Virus record (IMG/VR): IMGVR_UViG_3300028833_002847
Origin: a virus
DNA: 64,000 nucleotides
Strand: one strand, 5' to 3'
The stretch's first letter is position 1, and every line of letters begins with the position of its first letter. Positions 1 through 12,579 of this stretch are shown here, piece after piece. Both the position numbers and the translations under genes were made by a program. The notes under the pieces were generated by a model that saw only the letters and a list, made by a program, of their open reading frames with translations, did no database searches and was not told the DNA's origin.

Positions 1-926
1 CATAAGGATATACTTCATCAGGTCCTTGAATGTATTGTACTGGATCTGCAATTGTAATTTCTTTTTCATATACAGTATCATTTATAATATATTTAATTTT
101 AAAACTACCAATTGCACTTTCTAATATATTAATAGAACAAATTTGAGCATTTTGATAAGTATCTATTAATATGGCTTTTGAATCATTATCCGCAAGTACC
201 CATTGACCAGATTCATCATAATAATTTGAATTAATCATATAACTAATATTTGAATCTTGTTTAACTATATCTTGTCCAATAATTATATCATTTTCATCTT
301 CTATTGGGACAGAAGGTAAATTTTTATATTCATTGGTATAATCTTCTTTAATTACTAATTCAATAACTCCTGGAGTTGAAATAGAATCAATAGTTTGAAC
401 TTCTCAAGGTAGTCCCGCAATATTAATTTTAGTAAATCTGTGAAAATAATCTAATGTATTTTCATCCTTCTTAATATAGATTCTTCCAGATAAATTCATT
501 TCATTTAAATTAATACTGCGTTTTTGAAACCATCTAATATCAGTTTCAGTTGGACCTTGAAAATAGATTCAATAATTTTTATTATTAATATCAAGTTGAT
601 AACGACATCTTATAATTTGAGCTTTTAAATATGCTGTTTCTACTAAATCTGGAAGAAGAATCATTCAATAAGTTTGATCATCTAAACATTGAAATACATC
701 TCCAGGTTCAAGCTCACTACTAAAATCAACTGAAATTATTTTTTTGTCATAGTCCATTTTAATATTATCAGTATTTATTAAACAACGAACTATTCTTTTT
801 AATGGAGTTTTAATTCATCTACTATTATAGTCTGAAGCTAATGCTAAATGAAAACTCCATAGTTTAGTTTGTTTTATCCGACCATTAGAATTTCCACCCC
901 AATATTTTATTCTATTTTTTAAAGAA
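1..926 (-). CDS. Hypothetical structural-module protein. C-terminus runs off the window edge. Contains in-frame TGA read as sense
   Basis: Continuous minus-strand coding (ATG near 924-926). The six-frame track is fragmented only by TGA codons. Last gene of the late operon in the window. Confidence 0.35.
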
Positions 927-1235
927 TTAGACATTTTGTTTAATCCTATCTAAAAGGCTACAGCATTCAAATATTGTTCTTCTATAAAGAGTAAAATCAA
1001 TATCTTGAGATACTTGTAAACCTTCTAGTTTAGAAGCACAAGTTAATAAATCTCTTTGGTCGGAAAAAAGACTACTTAACCCTAGCAATTCTACTACCAA
1101 GGTTTCTAAAGGCTTATGCCAATCTTTTTCTTCTTCCCGCATAGGAAGAAGTTTAAAAACTTGAGATAAAATTCTACTAAGATTTTCTTGTACTGTAACT
1201 GTATCTATATCAATATTATATTTTGTCATAGTCAT
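927..1235 (-). CDS. Hypothetical protein, 102 aa, possible head-tail joining protein
   Basis: ORF in the track. Lies in the structural operon downstream of the capsid gene. Confidence 0.35.
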   Translation of the reverse strand: MTMTKYNIDIDTVTVQENLSRILSQVFKLLPMREEEKDWHKPLETLVVELLGLSSLFSDQRDLLTCASKLEGLQVSQDIDFTLYRRTIFECCSLLDRIKQNV

Positions 1236-1242
1236 TAGTCTT

Positions 1243-1711
1243 TCTCCTTCATGATTAAATCGAAGGTAGACTCATAACTACCATCCGTTCTTTTTCTTCT
1301 ACGTCTATAAAGTCGTTGAAGATGAAAACCTCTTGTTTTATATTGTTCTTGAAGCTTTAAAAGTTTGTCAATATGACTTGCTTGACTTGTAAACTTAAAA
1401 TCGCTACCACTATATTTTTGTCGAATATTTTCAACACTAGCTAACTGATAACCAATTCATTCAACAATCATATATTGACGTAATATCATTTTTTCTTCTA
1501 AATCCAATAAACAAGAAAACCGAGCATTTTCTAAATCTACATTAAATATGTCTTTTTTAGGAAATTCAAAGTGCGGAATGGCTGCTAAAAGAATTTCTTG
1601 AAGAAGCTCTTCTGTATCCTCTTTTGTTAATTCCATAAACATATCATCAGTAATTCCCGCAAGGAAGAAATCATACATCTCAGAGAAAGAAGTTACCTCT
1701 TCATCAGCCAT
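1243..1711 (-). CDS. Hypothetical connector-like protein. The 84-aa ORF is extended through an in-frame TGA
   Basis: ORF 1457..1711 ends at a TGA, and the frame continues to about 1243. Acidic N-terminus (MADEEV...) is typical of head-tail connector proteins. Confidence 0.3.
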
Positions 1712-1720
1712 TTTTCCTCC

Positions 1721-2284
1721 TTAAACTTTTACTCTACGTCCCGTAGATTCTTCTTGTTTATTTTGTTGAACTCTACGGCCATGCTTTTCCTCTTCTTTTG
1801 GAGCGTCGGCCGCAATAGCTCTTTTATTTTTTATCATATTTAAAACATTTAATCCAGTAGCTTTACTAATAGCTTCCATACGATTAATGTCAGAAATTTC
1901 AAGTTCAACTGCTCGATTGACTAATCTATTTTTAATTGCTTTTGGAGCAAAATCAAGAGCATCTAATAATGTATCCATGCTCGCAGTAGTTAATGCGGCA
2001 TCAATATCTTCATCAGTTCAATTATATTCTATAGTATCATCCCGCACACCAAATTCACGAGCAAGAGCTTTATTATCTACTCTAAGGTAATTTTGAAGTA
2101 AAATTTTTCCTCCACGATCATAAGATAATTCTCTTAATTCACCAGCTTTAATTTTAAAAGTAGCTTTTGGAGGAAATTCTCTTTCAATTCCTGTTGGTGT
2201 TTTATAAGAAACTACAGAATCCGAAAGACTAGTTACTGCAACAACCTCATCATCAGGAATAGCAGTCATATCTACAATTGTCAT
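1721..2284 (-). CDS. Hypothetical structural protein, about 187 aa, with one in-frame TGA at 2015-2017
   Basis: ORFs 2018..2284 and 1721..1978 are in the same frame, separated only by TGA. RBS GGAGAT upstream at about 2290. Confidence 0.4.
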
Positions 2285-2358
2285 TTTATCTCCTTATATC
2301 TCCAAAAAGTAGGGGAGGGGAGTTTCACTCAACCCTCCCCTACTTCTATAAATTAAAA

Positions 2359-3405
2359 TTAAACAGTCTTGGTAAGACTGGTATTTACATACTGAGTAAT
2401 TGCAGGATTAGAGAATACTGCGATACCAAACTTTTTATAGGTCTGCATATCGGTTGACCAATCATCATTATCTGTGATTGTACGAACCATTGTTGGACCT
2501 TCAAAAGCAAGTTTAACTGGTTTTTCAGTTCCAGAAGGAATGATGTAGCACTTAGAAGGATCAATAACTTTTTCTTTATTTGTTTCATCTAGCATAGACT
2601 GACGAAGAATAAGAATATTGTGTCCTAAATAAGTAGCAAAATATCCCTTATTCCAAAGAGTAGATTTCATATCATTGGACATACGAGAATCAGCAGGAAC
2701 CATTGTACGAGCAAATTCTTCTGTACAAATGATAGTTGAATTTCCACCATTATAGGAATCAGAAATTGTTAAAAGCTTATTAAAAGCAGCAGGATTAAAT
2801 ACGTTATTTGTATAAACGTTATTTGGATTAGTTGTGCTATCAGGAAGTACTGAATCTAAAGCTTTAGCAATTTCTTCATAGATATAATCATCCATACCTT
2901 CAAGGATAATTTCAGTTAAATCAGAGAACTGAATGCGGCCATCAAGGAATTCCTCAAAACCAATACGGCAAGCGGAACCAATAGCGCTCATCTGAACTTC
3001 TGTCTCACGTCCATCAAGCATGAATGTCTCATAACGACCAGCTAGACCGACTTTAGTAACAAAAGTCTTAGCACGTTTCTTGGAAGCTTCAGTAATACGC
3101 TGACGGAATACAGCTTTATCACCTTGAGCTACAATGCGGATATCAGCAAACTGACCATACTGCTCCATAACACGGTTAGGAAGAATATCATCAATTGTCT
3201 CTTCAATTAGTTCAAAGATTTGATTTTTATTCTTGCGGAAACCCTTATAGTCAGGAGCTAGTAGATTAAATTGAGCACGAAGAGCTGAATTAACATCCTC
3301 TGCGGAAAAGCTCTCTTCTCCCTGATTAGTGGAATAAGTTAAAGGAGTTTTATGAGCAGCAGCAAAAGCAAGTTTCTTTAAATCATTAAATTCCATAAGT
3401 TGCAT
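2359..3405 (-). CDS. Major capsid protein candidate (HK97-like), 348 aa
   Basis: Complete ORF with RBS GGGAGGAAATAGACA-ATG. Lies just downstream of the scaffold-like and portal genes. Size and composition are typical of an HK97-fold MCP. Confidence 0.5.
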   Translation of the reverse strand: MQLMEFNDLKKLAFAAAHKTPLTYSTNQGEESFSAEDVNSALRAQFNLLAPDYKGFRKNKNQIFELIEETIDDILPNRVMEQYGQFADIRIVAQGDKAVFRQRITEASKKRAKTFVTKVGLAGRYETFMLDGRETEVQMSAIGSACRIGFEEFLDGRIQFSDLTEIILEGMDDYIYEEIAKALDSVLPDSTTNPNNVYTNNVFNPAAFNKLLTISDSYNGGNSTIICTEEFARTMVPADSRMSNDMKSTLWNKGYFATYLGHNILILRQSMLDETNKEKVIDPSKCYIIPSGTEKPVKLAFEGPTMVRTITDNDDWSTDMQTYKKFGIAVFSNPAITQYVNTSLTKTV

Positions 3406-3426
3406 TGTCTATTTCCTCCCTTCCAA

Positions 3427-3933
3427 TTAAACAGAGATTACTTGTAGTTTGACACCAGGTTGTCCATCAGGCATTGTGTAGGCCTTTACAACCTGAAGAA
3501 TTAAACCAGTTGTAGCAGTATTATCAAGTTTAAGAATACCATTGGCATTAGGAGTAACTTTATCTCCTTCTTGATAAGTACCATCAACTAGATTGTTTGT
3601 AGTATAAATATCGCCAACAACAAGACGAAATACACGAGGTGTCATTACACCATCATAGAAATCTGTCTTTTTCATAATATAATCGCGATGCATTTGATGA
3701 CGTTCATCATAAAGTTTTTCTTCATTAAAGACCATCATTAAAGGACCGTCACCAGTTAAAGTGACTTTACCAGCAGCGTAATTATAGTGTACAAATTGTC
3801 CTTGTGAAAGCTCTGCAATTGTACTATCAGCAGGAAGTTGACCATAAACTCCACCATTACGAGGTGCGGAAAGATGATTAGGTTCAACTACTGGATAGCC
3901 AATTGTATTTCCAATTGTAACAGAGTTAGCCAT
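3427..3933 (-). CDS. Capsid-associated protein (decoration or minor head protein), 168 aa
   Basis: Complete ORF with RBS AAGGAGGATTAAAG-ATG, between the scaffold-like and capsid genes. Confidence 0.35.
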   Translation of the reverse strand: MANSVTIGNTIGYPVVEPNHLSAPRNGGVYGQLPADSTIAELSQGQFVHYNYAAGKVTLTGDGPLMMVFNEEKLYDERHQMHRDYIMKKTDFYDGVMTPRVFRLVVGDIYTTNNLVDGTYQEGDKVTPNANGILKLDNTATTGLILQVVKAYTMPDGQPGVKLQVISV

Positions 3934-3952
3934 CTTTAATCCTCCTTAAATT

Positions 3953-4876
3953 TTATCGTTTTACTAAACGGAGAACTGATAGAAGTGAATCTTCAGCATC
4001 TTCCGCATTATTTGTATTATCTAAAGAGAAAGACATTAGAGGAGATTCTTCCTCGACTTCTTCTTCTTTCTCTGGAAGTCCATCAACAGTTGAAAAATCT
4101 ACATTCTTACGAACATAAATAAGAGCTAATTTCTCTTCAATTTGATCAAGAGAATATTCTTCTTTATGAGCAATAATATCTGCTTTATCTGCATCTGTAA
4201 GCATATGATACTTAGCAATTAAAGCATCTTTTTGCTGATTTTCAAAAGAAAGTTTGAAAGCTCGAAGTTCTTCAAGCTCTTTTTGAATAGCAGAAAACTC
4301 TTCTATAGAAACAGTATGTTGCTCAAGATTCTTTTTACCTTTATCAACATCTGAATTAGTTCCTTCATCGTTTTGTTCTAATTCTTCGTCATCACCATCA
4401 TCATTTTGATCATCATCATTTTGACCATCATTATCATTTTGTGTATCATCTTGAGAATCTGTAGTATCACTTTGATTATCAGCGTCATTACCGTCTCCGG
4501 TGTTATCACCACCGTCTCCGCCATCTCCGCCATCATCAAATTGAGTTTCTACAAATTGAGTTTCAATTTCTTGTTCTGTTTCAACTTCTTTTTCTTCAAA
4601 TTGAGTTTCTTGATTATCGTTCACTGTCACCCCTCCTTTACTGTATAGAGTTTGATTTAATTCTTGTACCATAGCGAACAATTTAGCAGTAAATTCACTA
4701 TCCTTAGAAAATTGATTCTCTACATCAGTAATAGAGGCTCCTTCAAAACAAGGTTCGACATTATCTCCAAGAATACACAATTTGGAAAATACCGCATCAT
4801 TAATTATAAAAAATTCCATTCCTGAGTTATTGTCTGTTGCCCAGTGACCTTCTAAATTTTTACTATCTAATTCCAT
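3953..4876 (-). CDS. Scaffolding-like acidic protein with a low-complexity D/G/N/Q/E-rich segment and coiled-coil
   Basis: ORF of 307 aa with a DGGDGGDGGDNTGDGNDADNQSD... acidic tract. Lies between portal and capsid. The N-terminus may extend upstream through TGA. Confidence 0.4.
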   Translation of the reverse strand: MELDSKNLEGHWATDNNSGMEFFIINDAVFSKLCILGDNVEPCFEGASITDVENQFSKDSEFTAKLFAMVQELNQTLYSKGGVTVNDNQETQFEEKEVETEQEIETQFVETQFDDGGDGGDGGDNTGDGNDADNQSDTTDSQDDTQNDNDGQNDDDQNDDGDDEELEQNDEGTNSDVDKGKKNLEQHTVSIEEFSAIQKELEELRAFKLSFENQQKDALIAKYHMLTDADKADIIAHKEEYSLDQIEEKLALIYVRKNVDFSTVDGLPEKEEEVEEESPLMSFSLDNTNNAEDAEDSLLSVLRLVKR

Positions 4877-5008
4877 AGATTGACCCTTACCCTCATCAAT
4901 TACTTGTTGAGCTTCTGGGTATTGATCTACTCATAGATAACCAGTTGTTAAAAGATATTCTCTTTCAGTTTCATTACCAAATTCATCTGTATCAGTAAAA
5001 GTTTGGAA

Positions 5009-5329
5009 TCAAATGCGAGCATCTGGAGCTACAAAACCATAAGGAACAGTTTTACAAGAAAAATGAATTTCTCCATCTTCTATAGTAATTACATCTCCGT
5101 GGTCGCCAAAATCTTCTTTGTCTTTAAGATAAGCTCCAACAATTGGGCATCCCCGTAAAGTTTTTGACATTTCAAGAGCTGCATTCTTATCAATATATGA
5201 ACCATTACGATTTTTACCGAGATAAAGTACTTTAATTTGACATTGGGCCATTAGAGGATTGATATCAAGTGGAGTTAACTCGATAAACTCCGGATCAGCA
5301 ATTGTTTTAATTGATCTATTATTATTCAT
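5009..5329 (-). CDS. Hypothetical protein, 106 aa
   Basis: ORF in the track, between the portal and scaffold genes. Confidence 0.3.
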   Translation of the reverse strand: MNNNRSIKTIADPEFIELTPLDINPLMAQCQIKVLYLGKNRNGSYIDKNAALEMSKTLRGCPIVGAYLKDKEDFGDHGDVITIEDGEIHFSCKTVPYGFVAPDARI

Positions 5330-5337
5330 CTACCCTC

Positions 5338-6882
5338 CTAACCTTCTGCTTGTTCATTTCTAATTGTCTTATCTGATTTTTCACTTTCTGGTAATTCTGG
5401 TCTACCAGTTTTCTTTTCAGATTCTCCAGCTTTAGGAACTTCTTTAGCACTCATAGTTGAGGACATTTGAGGTGGAATAAATAATTCATCTAAATGCATC
5501 ATTCCATTTTCAAAAACAGCAGTAGCAATAATACTACTTTGAGTTTGTCCAAGAGCAATTTGAGGAAGAAGCTTAGAGAAACCAATTGTAGTTTGCTCTT
5601 TATAAAGCTTAGATAGTTCTTTATAATTATATCCTGTTGTTGGAAGAATTTGAACACGATACATTAAACGCTTTTTATTTTTATTAAATGGTTTTAATAA
5701 ATCTTCTGCGTATTCTTCAAACTGATAAATTAAATCAAGAACACTTGATTCATCATTTACAATAGACTTTTCTAATGCAACATTTCCATCTGCATTAAAT
5801 TGTAACTGAGAAACACCAGCTTCATTATATACACCACGTTCAACTTTTCCAAGTTGATCAACAGAACTTACATTATTGCGGTCTGCCATATCTGCAACTT
5901 CTACATCTGCAAATGTTGATAAGACCCGCACACCAATAGATTCACCAATCATGCCTACTGCATTATTGTGAAGAGTTTGTACTTCATCAGTATCAAAAAT
6001 TAAATCTCCATTTTTGTCTATTGGAAATTTTTGAATAAGAATTCTTAAAATTTGTTGCTCCATTTTTTTCTTATCTAATTCTTGCATATCTTGTAAATCC
6101 AAGAGCTTAGGAATAACTGGGAAGAAAATAGGAACATCAGAATTTCCTAAATTAAATTTAACAGCTTTTGTACAATCTAAAAGGAATCAACCCATATCAT
6201 CATTTGATGTATCTCTTGGTAAAGTTCCTTTCTTATAAGCTACATAAGCTTTTTGGAATTCTTTAGGAAACATTTTTAAAATTTTTATACGATATTCATT
6301 ATTTGACGTTAAATCGTCAAAATATTTAACATTAAACTCTATCGCGGGACGACCATTTCATTTATATCTACTACGGCAATATTTAGGTGGTAATTCTTGA
6401 AGAAAAACCGCGTCCTTTTGTTCTAATTTATAACCATAATAGCATCCATTTTTAATTACTTTTAAAGCAATTTCTGAAAAACTTTTCTTTAATCTTGAAT
6501 TTTCAAGTAAAACTGCGGCTTTAAGCCATCCTTCAATAACTTTCTCATCTTTTATTTTATTATCATATCTATTAGGTGTAATAAATCAGTCATATCTAAA
6601 TAAGGTAGCAAGATATTTACATAATCTTTGATAAATACCATTTGATCTATAAAAATAATCTGAGATTAATCTTAATGTTTCTAAATCATTTTTTTCAATA
6701 GCTCTTTCAATCTTTTCTCTATCATATTTCTTTTTGCGGGAAAGGCTATCAAAATAATCTAAATTTGAAACGACATCATCTCTTAAAATTGATTTGCCAA
6801 CTCTAATTTTATTAAAATTAGCTTTCTTTTTTGGGGTAATTATATTAAAATCTCTGGTATTTATATTTTTTGTATAAGCCAA
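5338..6882 (-). CDS. Portal protein candidate, about 515 aa, containing in-frame TGA codons (6187-6189 and 6586-6588 verified)
   Basis: Three ORF fragments (5338..6102, 6103..6585, 6586..6882) share one frame and are broken only by TGA. Lies immediately downstream of terminase. Size fits a portal. Confidence 0.5.
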
Positions 6883-6906
6883 ATTTATTTACACCCCCTG
6901 TCTATT

Positions 6907-7343
6907 TAATATCCAGCAGCATTAAAAATATAGTCATAAGAAATCTTATTCTCATCATATCATGGAATTGCTACCAATTTTAATCCATGTTTATCACAAT
7001 ACTTTCTTTTAGTTAAATCATTATGTTTCTGTCTTTGTAAACCTAATCTTCCACCAAATTTAGGTATTGCTTTATAATGCTGTCTACCTTGAAATTCTAT
7101 TAAAAAATCTATGTCTCCATCATCTGTAAAGACACAAAAATCAAATCTTAAATGACGACCTGACTCTGCAATCAAATCGTCAAATTCATATTCTTCAGCA
7201 AATGGAATGTCATTATCTGAGAGTATATTATATATTTTAACTTCACCTGCGGAATCTCTCATTATAAATTCACTCCTTAATACATATTTAACTTTCAATT
7301 TATAATAAAAATTAAGCAAACTAAATAATTCTTTTTTGCCCAA
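6907..7343 (-). CDS. DUF559/Vsr-like PD-(D/E)xK endonuclease, a possible homing endonuclease inserted between terminase and portal
   Basis: Motifs FDFCVF...IDFLIEFQGRQH...D..KRKY..KHGLKLV match the DUF559 signature. One in-frame TGA. Confidence 0.45.
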
Positions 7344-7348
7344 AAATT

Positions 7349-9110
7349 TTAAGAAAAAAGCATTAATTTAGATAAATCTCTTTTCTTACGACGAGCACCT
7401 TTATCTTCTTCTAACTTACACCAATATAAACCATAAATCAACGCACTAAATTTATCTTTTTTAATTTTTCTTGTTGCTTGTTTAAGAATAATGTTTAAAT
7501 TTTCAGTTTCTTCAATTAAGTTTAACATTTGTTCTCTAAGAATTGAAGTCATTACATATGGTTGTAAATAAGCTGCCCTTTCTCCGGCTGTCATTCGTTT
7601 TGATTGCGCTTGTCCCGCAAGCTTATTTTTAGCAACATTTTCATCAATCAAAAATCTAATTTTACCTGCATTTAATTGACTTTGACAATAAGCATACATT
7701 TCTGTATTTAGTGGAGCATTAGCTTTCATAAGATACATTGCTTTTGGAATAGTATCTTCTGTTTCAAACTTTTTATATTTACCTTCATCATCGTTATAAA
7801 CTCCAAGATTTGGTAAAAACTCTCCTGTGTCAGGATCCGTTTGATCTGTGATTAAAAAGTCTACAAGACCTGTGCCTAAACCGTTGGCATCAATGACAGC
7901 TATTTTACAATGATATTGTTGATATATTCGTTTAATTTTAATCGCTTGTAATCCAAAGTGTTCTTCATCAAAACTATAAAGATTTACTATTTCCTTCAAA
8001 GGGACACCTGTTCGTGCTGGAGCCACTTTAATAACAATTACTTCACTAGTACAACCATGACGTCCAACGTCTACCCCAAGAACATAATAAGTAGAAGGAT
8101 TATTGCGTTTATTAGGTTCTTTCTCTGGTAGTTGAAGAGTGCGGCGCTTGTCAATTCTGTCTGGATCGAAGAATGCTCCTTCGACAGCTCCTGCTCATAG
8201 ACTTTCATATTCTCGTTCAAAACTTGCCTCATTGAATGTACCGTCCATACGAAGGTCAGCGACAAAGTTACGATTGAGTAGTCCTTCCATAACAGGAATT
8301 CGTCAAGATCCACCAAGAACAATAGCTTTGTCAGGATTTACCGCAGATTGACAAAGAATTTGAATTAATTTGTCATAACTGAAAGTATTTTTATAACCGG
8401 CCGTTGTAATATATATCTGACTTTGGTTAAGAGGCTCATTAGGATCAACAAATCCATTCACTCTTCGTTCAACGTTCATCAATGGAAGAATAACCTCGTT
8501 AAGAATATCTTGATCAATACCAACTACCTCTTCCATTAAGCCAGCTTGGAAACGCTGTCCACGAGTTTTTTCACTTGCTGCAACATTTTCAAGAGAAGAA
8601 CCATTTTTAAAAGTGTAAATAACACTGTCTCGTGTTGTACGAGTTTTAGCTTTAATAATACTTGTTTTATTATTAGTGCGAGTATCTCAAATAATTTCAT
8701 TAGCAAGTGCTGGAATTAAACGACATAATTCATCAACCTTTGCTTGAAGAATACTTGCACTTTGCTCTTTTCCTCCAGCTACCGTAAATATTCGACAACC
8801 AGGATATAAAATACACTTAATCATTAAACAAAGAACTGCTAAAAATGATTTAGAGAATGCTCGGGGAAATGTACAAAAGGTATATTTATATCTCATGACT
8901 GCCCGCAAATAAACTCTCTGATAATAAAAGAAATGAAAAGTATTATCTGGATTTAATGAACATAAATAATCTACAAAGATATCAGGATAACAACGTCAAA
9001 AAGAAATTAACTCTTCTAATCGTTCTTTATCTTGACGAATACGCTCACGATCAACAGTTTCCCGCACTTGTTTAGATTCATTATATTCTAATAAATCTTT
9101 AAGAGCCATT
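7349..9110 (-). CDS. terL: Terminase large subunit, assembled from 3 or more ORF fragments through in-frame TGA codons
   Basis: C-terminal RNaseH-like nuclease segment (IAVIDANGLGTGLVDFLIT...) in ORF 7349..8026. ATPase-like fragments at 8303..8536 and 8687..8908 share orientation. The 5' end is approximate. Confidence 0.5.
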
Positions 9111-9179
9111 GTCGTCACCACCAACTTGAGCAAATACTTGTTCAGTTTCAGAAGCAATCATATCATCTAAATTGTTAGT

Positions 9180-10515
9180 TCAAAGTTCAGCTTCTAACTC
9201 TCCATCGTCATCATCTTCTTCTTCAATATAAGCAGATTGAGTTAAGAGAGCATCATAATTTGCGTCAGCTTCTTTTTGAGCTTTTTCAGACTCTTCAAGT
9301 TTTTGAATATAAGATTCAATAAGGTCGCCAAGACCCATTTCATTTTTAACAAGATTACGAGTATAAGCTTGCATATCTTTTAGTGTAAAATCAACTTTAT
9401 CTTCTTTAGCATCAATACCTGGTCTAAATTGGTCAATAAAAGTACCAGGTTCTAACTCTCGTTCAACAGCAGCTACTAATTCCCCAACAGAATCAATGTA
9501 AGCTTCTTGTTCTTCTTTATTTTGAGCTTCTGTAAATTTTGCTGATTTCCGCAATTGATCAAGAACTCCCGCTAAGTTTTTATAAGAAGTAAAATCTTCT
9601 ATTTCAAGAGCTTTATCCATTTTAATAGATGTGCGGCAAATCTTTTTTAAAGCTTCCTCACGGTCAACATTCATTTCATAAGTATTAGTATACTTATTAT
9701 AAAGATTTTCCATTTGTACTCATTCTGAAGGAGTAAAAGAAGCACCTCATTTAATAGTAAGATATTTAATATCTTCACTAGTTAAACTATTTTTAATTTG
9801 CATTTCATTTTCATCTATTGTAGTAGGCATATAGCTCATCATAGTATCAACTGCGTTTTGTAAAGCAGCTTCTTCTTTTTTTTCTTGCATTTCAGCTATT
9901 TGCTGTTGAACTTGATGAAAAGCTTGTTTTTTACTCAACTTTTGCTTAGTTGCTTCATCTCAATCATGATCTTCTGGAGAGGCTTTATCTAAACCAAGCA
10001 ATATTTTTTCTTTCTTAGTTGCTGTTGCCCCAAGAGGCTCATGATAAGCCATTAAAAGCTGATTATCACCTGTTAATGTGCGGTACTGTTCAAGTGTTAT
10101 TTCTCCCGCATCTAACTTAGCTTTAAATTCAGCTTTCTTTTCTTCAGAAACAATATTATCTCTCCCATGAATATTTACTCAATGTTCTGTAGCTGCATCA
10201 CTATCTGCATAACGCCATTTTCTTCAAGGATTCATATTTGTTGTGCGGATATAGCGACCAATTACGGATTTGTTAGAAAACGTCCCAGGATTACGAAGAT
10301 AAGCAGCTTGAGCAACAGATACTCATAAAGGTTCTATATACGGTACATCAAATTCTTTTAAAATTCAATCAAAAGTTGATGGATCATCATTTTTAATATA
10401 AGTAGTTAAACAATCTTTACAATAATCAAAACGAGTACCATCTTTCTTTTTAAAAAAATTTGTTTCAGGTATCACTCGTCCGCACTTTTGACATGTCATT
10501 CTTTTTTTTGTAGCC
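9180..10515 (-). CDS. Zn-ribbon/acidic protein, about 444 aa, in the small-terminase position. Function unknown
   Basis: Starts MATKKRMTCQKCGR with RBS GGAGGAAAAAGATAA-ATG. ORFs 9747..9938 and 9180..9713 are in the same frame across TGA codons. Confidence 0.3.
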
Positions 10516-10529
10516 ATTTATCTTTTTCC

Positions 10530-11603
10530 TCCTTTCTTTTTTCTACACTCTTTACAAATAGAGTAATAACCATCTTTTGACGAATTAGGAGAAAAGAAAA
10601 ACGGATGTGCGAGGAGAGAACGACCGCATTTCCCGCACGTCTTTCATCTATGACCCATTGGTTCTTCATAGGTAAAATATCAAAGAAGATAATTTTTCTG
10701 AGCTTGTTCTGCTACTAGTTTAGGAATTTTTTTAGTTCAAATAGTAGAATAATACTGCTCAGAATGTTCTTCTTGATATTTATCAAAAATCATTTCTTTT
10801 ATTTCTTTATTTGTATAACCATCTATTTTTCAAATTAATACATCATAAAAAACTGGATATTTCTTTTCTAAAGCATCGTCAACTACTTTTTCTAAGTCCA
10901 AAAGATGTCAATGAATGTCAGAATCTAACATATCTCAAGTTTCTTGTTTTAATTGTTGATAATATTGAAGAAGGAAAGAAATAGAATCTGGTTTAAGTAA
11001 TGATAATGGTTGGTCACTGTGCGGAATAAGGTCTTTATCAAAATATACTTTTTCTGGGATAGACACATTTGCTAAACCAGAAACCATATTATTGGCTACA
11101 GACCGTCCTGATTGATTAGAACCTTTAATCATATAAGCTTGTTTCCAACTATCAATTAAAGCAGTTTTTAATTTTTTCTTGCGGTAACTCGTTGTTGCTT
11201 CGTTGTATTGTCGTTCTAATGACGCTATTACATCCATGCATTCCCGCAATCCACGTATATTATCTATATCCTCTTGGGTAATTGGATCTTTGTGGTCTAA
11301 AAGTTGGTCTTTATTATTGTTAATAATATTATAGATTCCATCTTCACCATTTTTTAACTTATCAACTAATCCTTCATAAGAAATTTGTCTTTTTAATACT
11401 GTTGCATCTCTATTTTTAGTAACAATTGGATATTCTTCTAAGCGTTCTTTTGTTGTTTGTTTTTTATCTCCGACATAAAGGAGGTAATCACTAAGATTTA
11501 TTAAATCTTGCGGAGATAATTCCTTTTGCTGAGATGTGATTGATTCAACTAGAACTTTTCTAGTTGTTTCACTTCTTATATCATGATTTAATTGCATCAA
11601 CAT
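10530..11603 (-). CDS. Hypothetical protein, first gene of the minus-strand late operon, with a C-terminal Cys-rich segment
   Basis: ORF 10935..11603 with RBS TAAGGAGGTGAT-ATG. The frame continues through TGA codons to about 10530 (CGKCGRS...CKECRKK). Confidence 0.35.
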
Positions 11604-11760
11604 ATCACCTCCTTATACATATATATATTATACCCAATTTTATAAAATTTTATACCAAAATTATTCATTTTTGCCCAAAAAATTATTGGCACTTTGAAAT
11701 AGTATATGCTATAATATATTTAAAGAAAAAGAGAGTAAAGGAGTGAGTGCTTGATAGAAT
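11604..11760. promoter_or_regulatory. Divergent promoter region separating the minus late module and the plus early module
   Basis: Plus-strand TTGGCA-18-TATAAT at about 11683-11715, followed by an AAAGGAG RBS. A reverse-strand TATAAT lies upstream of the minus-strand RBS. Confidence 0.4.
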
Positions 11761-12063
11761 TTAAAATGTTTTGCTTCTCTGTCTTTGGCATTCAAGCTTT
11801 TATTAGTATATTTAATTTTATATTAGCTTGAAGTAAAATAAAGTTTCCAAGATGAATTGTAGATATTCTTGCAGGAATCTCTTGGGCTATGACTGGATTG
11901 TATTGGTTATGACAAGGAGTGATATTATAATGGGATATTATCATCAAGATGAAAGAGATTTAGCCGCAGGAATTGGTTGTTTAATTCTTTTAGCAATGTT
12001 TGTTCTTATAATTATACTTTTTATTATATCAATTTTTATTATTTCATAATAGGGAGGATTTGA

Positions 12064-12579
12064 ATGATTACTATTAACTATGATAATCGGGACAAGCGTG
12101 ACTATATTGTTATCGCGAAGGGAGACAACGTAGAGTCGCCAGATAGTGTTCAATACTTTGTTGATATGGATAATGCCGATGGAAATACGAGCGATGGCGC
12201 GCACACTTTTAATGAACTATATCATCATAGAACTGTACTGTTTAGTGTAATTGTTAAAGAATATCATTTTCTTGCTTGGAAGAGTAAAAAGCATAATGAT
12301 GGTACTATGTATGATGGATACTTCATTGTAGGTATTGATACTCCAAGAGGTCAAGCTACTTATCATTGTGAAATGAAATATTGGGATTTATTTGACTGTA
12401 AAGAGAAAAAGAAGGCTCCTAAATGGGATGGACATACTCCTGAGCAAGCCATTGCAAGAATCAGTCAATTAGATAGACAAGAAGCTATTGAGTATTATTT
12501 AAAAAGAACTGGTAATTTAAGTGATGCTCTACATTATATGATTGATGATAATTCAGTGGTGGTTGAATCTCATGAATAA
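12064..12579 (+). CDS. Hypothetical early protein, 171 aa
   Basis: ORF with RBS GGGAGGATTTGA-ATG. Confidence 0.4.
   Translation: MITINYDNRDKRDYIVIAKGDNVESPDSVQYFVDMDNADGNTSDGAHTFNELYHHRTVLFSVIVKEYHFLAWKSKKHNDGTMYDGYFIVGIDTPRGQATYHCEMKYWDLFDCKEKKKAPKWDGHTPEQAIARISQLDRQEAIEYYLKRTGNLSDALHYMIDDNSVVVESHE

Noticed and set aside
4406-4648. Plus-strand ORF of 80 aa, antisense to the scaffold gene. Also the similar antisense ORFs 19501..19791, 25111..25728, 29981..30472, 33964..34476 and 37115..37396
   Set aside because: Low-complexity or AT-rich antisense reading frames inside well-supported genes on the other strand. No RBS.
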